Of a DNA stretch of 64,000 bases, positions 59,827 through 64,000 are shown piece by piece; position 1 is the stretch's first letter, and every line of letters begins with the position of its first letter. The position numbers were made by a program, and so were the translations under genes. Where the stretch lies: the NCBI GenBank assembly GCA_965248925.1, contig CBDFLE010000005.1:1088001-1152000 (forward strand). Direction: 5' to 3'. The notes below the pieces were generated by a model that was not told where the DNA came from, did no database searches, and was given only the letters and a program-made list of their open reading frames with translations. The DNA is from Candidatus Multivoradales bacterium (GTDB lineage Bacteria > Acidobacteriota > Thermoanaerobaculia > Multivoradales > J023).

Positions 59827-61584
59827 TCACAGCCTAGACAGGCCTAGGCCCAAGGTGAAGGACCAGGCGGAGGTGTCCCCGGTTTCGAAACCTTCGCAGA
59901 AGATAGCTGCCTCGATACAGCCCGCGAATTCGAATTTACACACCTGAGTGACCCAGCCAGCACCGCTGGTGGCCGGCAAATATTCGGTGGCGTAGTAGAA
60001 GGTACAGCCATCGGCCGGATCGACACTCATCGAGGAATAGTCGCCCCAGCGGGAAGTGCCGGTCTGGGCGCCTGTGCCGTTGATGCAAGTGATCTCGCCC
60101 TTCAGGGTGCTAGCAGAATCTGCCGGCCGGCGACCGGCCATGCGGATCGAGGGGAAGATCGCGGCGCTACCCAACGAGTAACCGATGCCGAGGTTGCCGA
60201 GGTTGTCGGTGGCGGCAGAAGGAACCCAGCGATTCTCTCCATCCGGCGCATAAACCCCCTGATCAATCACCGTCGGCCCACCGAGCAGATCGATCTCGGT
60301 CCAACGGATGCCCGCCTGGTCGCCACCGACATCTACCGTGTGGACAACTACCGCGTTCAAGGTGCCCGCTCCCAGGTGGTAGCGCACCGTCGTGCGGTGC
60401 ATGGTGAACTGGCCAAGCACGTCGAGCAGCTGGCCGGTGCCGGGCTGCGGAATGCAGGGGCCAAAGCCGCACAGCTCAGCGTCATACTCCACCCCAACGT
60501 CCATGTAGGTGGGTCCGGTGGCAGTCGAGGTTCCCGGCCAGTCGGGGCAGATCTCGAACAGCTGGTAGCCATCGGTGGGCAAGAAAGGCATGCTACCGAA
60601 CTGTTCGTCGTCCCACATCTGAATAAAGGTCGGACAGGTACCGGCCGGCGCCGGTTTGGGTCCCAACAAGCTGGGTACCGAGACGGCGAAGAAGGCATCG
60701 TCCGCCGTTACTGCGAAGAAGAACCGGTCCTGCTGCGGTGGTGGCAAGGCAGCGGGGTCGAGCATCACGTCGCGCTCGAAAACGCTCAGCGAAGCACCGA
60801 CGAAGCCACCCGAAAATTCGTTGACGCTCAGGGTGTAGGAACTGCGAGTACCACTAGCGTCCAGCCACAGGCCCAGCTTGGGGTAGTCGTTGAAATTGGT
60901 AAAGGGGAACTGGAAGCGATGGTAGGGCCCCAGCGGATTGCTGGTGGTCGAGATAGCAAAGCACTGGTTCGGCGTGCCACTGCCGGTGAACTGGCTGAAC
61001 ACCCAACGATCGGCAAAGTGGTCGTAGAGCACGATCGGATCGCCACTGTTGTTGGTCTGGCAGGGACCACCGAAGCCGGCCCAGAAGGTGTTGCCAGCAA
61101 ATGGACCGCCACCGGCCGTCGGCGTCAGGGTGTTCTTGTCGAGGATGATCCAGCCGAGGTTGGCGTAGACGATGTAGAAATTGCCGCCGACATCGCCGAC
61201 GGTATCCGGCGGCGCCACCAGGCCCGGGTTATCGCTGTTGGAATAAGCCAAGCCAGTACCCAGCAGGCCGAGCGAACGCTGTTCATCGGCGAATTCGCGC
61301 TGCACTAGATCGGTGCCGTCGGAGACCCTTTGGATATGTTGCTGCAGAGCTGCCGGCAGCTGGTGATTCTCGATCTCACGGATTACGTTCTGCGCTTGCG
61401 GCTGTAGCTGATTGGCCTGTTGCCGCGCTAGCTCGATGAGTTCGGCCAACGGCGGCGAGGTGTCTTGGCGGATAGCGTGATGGACTGTTTTTTCAAACGC
61501 AGGCGCAGTTTCGGCGTTTACCGCCACCCCAGCAAATAGACACAGCAGGATGGTCGCAAGCACAATGGACGCACTCTTTAACAT
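59827..61584 (-). CDS. Secreted beta-rich protein (PPD / GDP / DYP / RWGDYS family)
   Basis: Signal peptide, APPDTVGDVG, GDPIVLYD, DYPKLG, RWGDYS, tail IFCEGFETGDTSAWS. Confidence 0.8.
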   Translation of the reverse strand: MLKSASIVLATILLCLFAGVAVNAETAPAFEKTVHHAIRQDTSPPLAELIELARQQANQLQPQAQNVIREIENHQLPAALQQHIQRVSDGTDLVQREFADEQRSLGLLGTGLAYSNSDNPGLVAPPDTVGDVGGNFYIVYANLGWIILDKNTLTPTAGGGPFAGNTFWAGFGGPCQTNNSGDPIVLYDHFADRWVFSQFTGSGTPNQCFAISTTSNPLGPYHRFQFPFTNFNDYPKLGLWLDASGTRSSYTLSVNEFSGGFVGASLSVFERDVMLDPAALPPPQQDRFFFAVTADDAFFAVSVPSLLGPKPAPAGTCPTFIQMWDDEQFGSMPFLPTDGYQLFEICPDWPGTSTATGPTYMDVGVEYDAELCGFGPCIPQPGTGQLLDVLGQFTMHRTTVRYHLGAGTLNAVVVHTVDVGGDQAGIRWTEIDLLGGPTVIDQGVYAPDGENRWVPSAATDNLGNLGIGYSLGSAAIFPSIRMAGRRPADSASTLKGEITCINGTGAQTGTSRWGDYSSMSVDPADGCTFYYATEYLPATSGAGWVTQVCKFEFAGCIEAAIFCEGFETGDTSAWSFTLGLGLSRL

Positions 61585-61676
61585 ATTTTCCCCAAGGTCG
61601 ATCGTTCCGGCACCGCCGCTTCGAGGGCTTCGGGTGCCAGGAGAAGTTGGTCGGGCTATTTGCAGCGGGCTAGAGC

Positions 61677-62741
61677 TTACCCCTGAAGGGCCGGCTTAAG
61701 CAAGGGCAAGACCGGCAGCCTGCCAGCGCTTGGTGGCGGCGACTCGGCGGCCCCCTGAGTTTGCTGGTGCTGACGCAACACAGCACGGCTGGTAGCTGGA
61801 AGATCAGCGCTGGCCAAGGCCCGTTCGATCGCTGCCGCCAGCCGCCGTCGATCAAGAGCCCCCAAGGCTTTCACCGCGCCGCGCACCAAACCGCCGTGCG
61901 GCGAGTGCAGCCAACGGGCCGCGAGGTCAAAATCCTCCACCTCGGGATGCCGTGGCAGCGCCCGCAAGGCAGTGCGGATCAGCTGGGGTCGGGGGGAGAT
62001 CGGATCGAGGTCGAGCTCGCTGCTCCTTAGCAGGTGGCGGGCGCTGCGCGACCACCAACTAGCGCCGAGCGAATGCGGCGGCCGCTGCGCCGTCGCCAGC
62101 AGATATTCGCGCGCCTCGGGGTCGACATGAGGATCGCTACCGAAAGCAGCCAACGCCGCCAGGCGCCGCTCACCCAAGGCTGCGTGCAACTGTCGGCGCG
62201 GCATCAGATCGGCAATGAACAGCCGCTGGGTTGCCGGATCAGCCTGCTTCAGCCCCTTGATCAGCAGATCGAGTAAGGCTTGGTCATCGAGTTCCGAAGA
62301 CTGAGTCAACAGTCGGCGAGCCACTCTGCTGGGCGCAAACAGCGCCTGCCCCACCCCCGGCACTCGCAGCACCTGCGGCCCCTCGGGATCCTTGCCGCTG
62401 CGGCCGGGGAAGCGCACCTTGTACCAATCCGAATAGGCGATCAGGCAGCGTTGGCCAACCTCGAGAGCGGCCACTGAACGCGGCTCCAAGCGCACGGTCA
62501 CCGCGGCCGCTGGATGCCCGTAGAGCTTGCGCTCGCGACGCAGAGTCACCCGATCCGCTGCCGGGATAGCCACCACCGTGGCTTCCATGATCTGGTGGTG
62601 TTCGCCGCGCAACGCTTGCGACGCTGGTAGCAGCAGCTTGGCGGCAATCGGCGCGACCGGGGCAAGGACCATGGCGAGCAGCAATACAGAGATCGTCGAA
62701 GGCCGTAGCAAGGTATTGGTGACGGTGGCTGGCTGGCTCAT
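61677..62741 (-). CDS. Hypothetical secreted protein with HEAT-like helical C-terminus
   Basis: Signal-like N-terminus, Leu/Ala-rich helical repeats. Confidence 0.6.
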   Translation of the reverse strand: MSQPATVTNTLLRPSTISVLLLAMVLAPVAPIAAKLLLPASQALRGEHHQIMEATVVAIPAADRVTLRRERKLYGHPAAAVTVRLEPRSVAALEVGQRCLIAYSDWYKVRFPGRSGKDPEGPQVLRVPGVGQALFAPSRVARRLLTQSSELDDQALLDLLIKGLKQADPATQRLFIADLMPRRQLHAALGERRLAALAAFGSDPHVDPEAREYLLATAQRPPHSLGASWWSRSARHLLRSSELDLDPISPRPQLIRTALRALPRHPEVEDFDLAARWLHSPHGGLVRGAVKALGALDRRRLAAAIERALASADLPATSRAVLRQHQQTQGAAESPPPSAGRLPVLPLLKPALQG

Positions 62742-62897
62742 TTGATCGCCGATCCTACACCGCTGGCCCCCCTTCGCTGGTTGCAGATCGTCACTTCTTC
62801 CACCATGGCGACACCTACAGGCGATCCACCTAACCATTACCGCCGAAGGCGATAGACTGGGAAGCTAACGCTTCGGCCCAAAAAAGAGGAAACCCGC

Positions 62898-63458
62898 ATG
62901 CGTAAGCACCCCGGCTTTTGGATCCTGCCTTTGTGCCTGCTGCTCGCTTGCTCCGCCAGCGGCTCTGACCGTGGTTCGGAGGATGGCTCAGGCAGCAATT
63001 CTGACGGCAACTCGCTGGCCGGCACTCCGGCTCTGGTCGCCGCTGGCCAGCAAATCTCCCTCGACCTCGAGGTGATCAAATCAGAAGAGGAATGGCGCCA
63101 ACTACTGTCCGCTGAACAATTCCACATCCTGCGCCAAAAGGGCACCGAGCGCGCCTTCACCGGCGAATATTGGGATCACAAGGAAGACGGCATCTACCTC
63201 TGTGCCGCCTGCGGTCAAGAGCTGTTCGACTCACAAACCAAATTCAAGTCCGGCACCGGTTGGCCGAGCTTCTGGGATCCGAGCGTTGAGGCTCACGTAG
63301 ACACAGAGACCGATCGTAGTTTCGGCGTTAGCCGCACCGAGATCGTTTGTAGTCGCTGTGGCGGCCATCTCGGTCACGTCTTCACCGACGGTCCCCAGCC
63401 CACCGGATTGCGCTACTGCGTCAACTCCGAGTCTTTAGTCTTCGCACCGCGCAAATAG
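62898..63458 (+). CDS. msrB: Peptide-methionine (R)-S-oxide reductase with lipoprotein signal
   Basis: GTERAF, SGTGWPSF, HLGHVF, RYCVNS; LLAC lipobox. Confidence 0.97.
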   Translation: MRKHPGFWILPLCLLLACSASGSDRGSEDGSGSNSDGNSLAGTPALVAAGQQISLDLEVIKSEEEWRQLLSAEQFHILRQKGTERAFTGEYWDHKEDGIYLCAACGQELFDSQTKFKSGTGWPSFWDPSVEAHVDTETDRSFGVSRTEIVCSRCGGHLGHVFTDGPQPTGLRYCVNSESLVFAPRK

Positions 63459-63475
63459 GCGAGAAGGAACTTCAG

Positions 63476-64000
63476 ATGATCCCCAAGACCTCATTTATCA
63501 CCTCACTCAAGTTCGCCGCCGGCTTACTCTTGCTCAGCCAATGCAGCGGCGCCGAAGCGCCGGCGGCCAAGGCCGCTGCGGCCGTCAACTTCGACGGCCC
63601 AACCGCCGAGGCGATTTTCGCCGGCGGCTGCTTCTGGTGCATGGAACCGCCTTTCGACAAGCTCGATGGCGTCCTCGCCACCATTTCCGGCTACATCGGC
63701 GGTAGCAAAGACGACCCGACTTACAAAGAAGTCTCGGGCGGTAGCACCGGCCACACCGAAGCGGTGCGGGTGACCTATGACCCCGAGCGCATCGACTACT
63801 CCCAGCTGCTCGAAGTCTTCTGGCACAACATCGACCCGACGGTCGAGAACCGCCAATTCTGCGATTGGGGCGACCAATACCGCACCGGCATTTTCTACCT
63901 CGACGAGACCCAGCAAGCTCTCGCCACCACCTCCAAACAGCAAGTGATCAACTCCGGCCGCTTCGCCCAGGTCTTCACCGAGGTCACCCCGGCGGCTACC
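63476..64000 (+). CDS. msrA: Peptide-methionine (S)-S-oxide reductase, runs off window edge
   Basis: Manual translation: signal peptide, FAGGCFWCME, SGYIGG, TGHTEAV. Confidence 0.95.
   Translation, partial: MIPKTSFITSLKFAAGLLLLSQCSGAEAPAAKAAAAVNFDGPTAEAIFAGGCFWCMEPPFDKLDGVLATISGYIGGSKDDPTYKEVSGGSTGHTEAVRVTYDPERIDYSQLLEVFWHNIDPTVENRQFCDWGDQYRTGIFYLDETQQALATTSKQQVINSGRFAQVFTEVTPAAT

Overview
GC-rich bacterial chromosomal window. Gene content (C-terminal IF.D.FESG.T.AWS tails, CHAT/ECF clusters) suggests Acidobacteriota, possibly Thermoanaerobaculia; this is an inference. The left arm holds a flavin-dependent halogenase with an RRE-like N-terminus and an 11-kb co-directional cluster: ECF sigma factor, exported TPR-CHAT (caspase-like) protease, anti-sigma-like membrane protein, two divergent secreted S8-type proteases, a second anti-sigma-like protein and a third S8 protease. 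Both anti-sigma-like genes are preceded by poly-G tracts. The middle is ordinary (argE, TetR, CCA-adding enzyme, RND pump, esterase, Ser/Thr kinase, ada). About 36.3-55.6 kb is a mosaic accessory island: IS66 with a nested IS4, a second IS4, a defective IS21, a phage-type integrase, three copies of a ~200-bp non-coding module, an attC site, a Ser/Thr-kinase gene cassette, and a decayed group IIC-attC intron whose RT core is replaced by an antisense Lamassu/ABC-three-component defence operon with an IS4-split HNH effector. The right arm carries DUF899, NhaC, secreted proteins and msrB-msrA. No rRNA, tRNA or CRISPR array was seen. All calls come from reading motifs by eye; no database searches were run.
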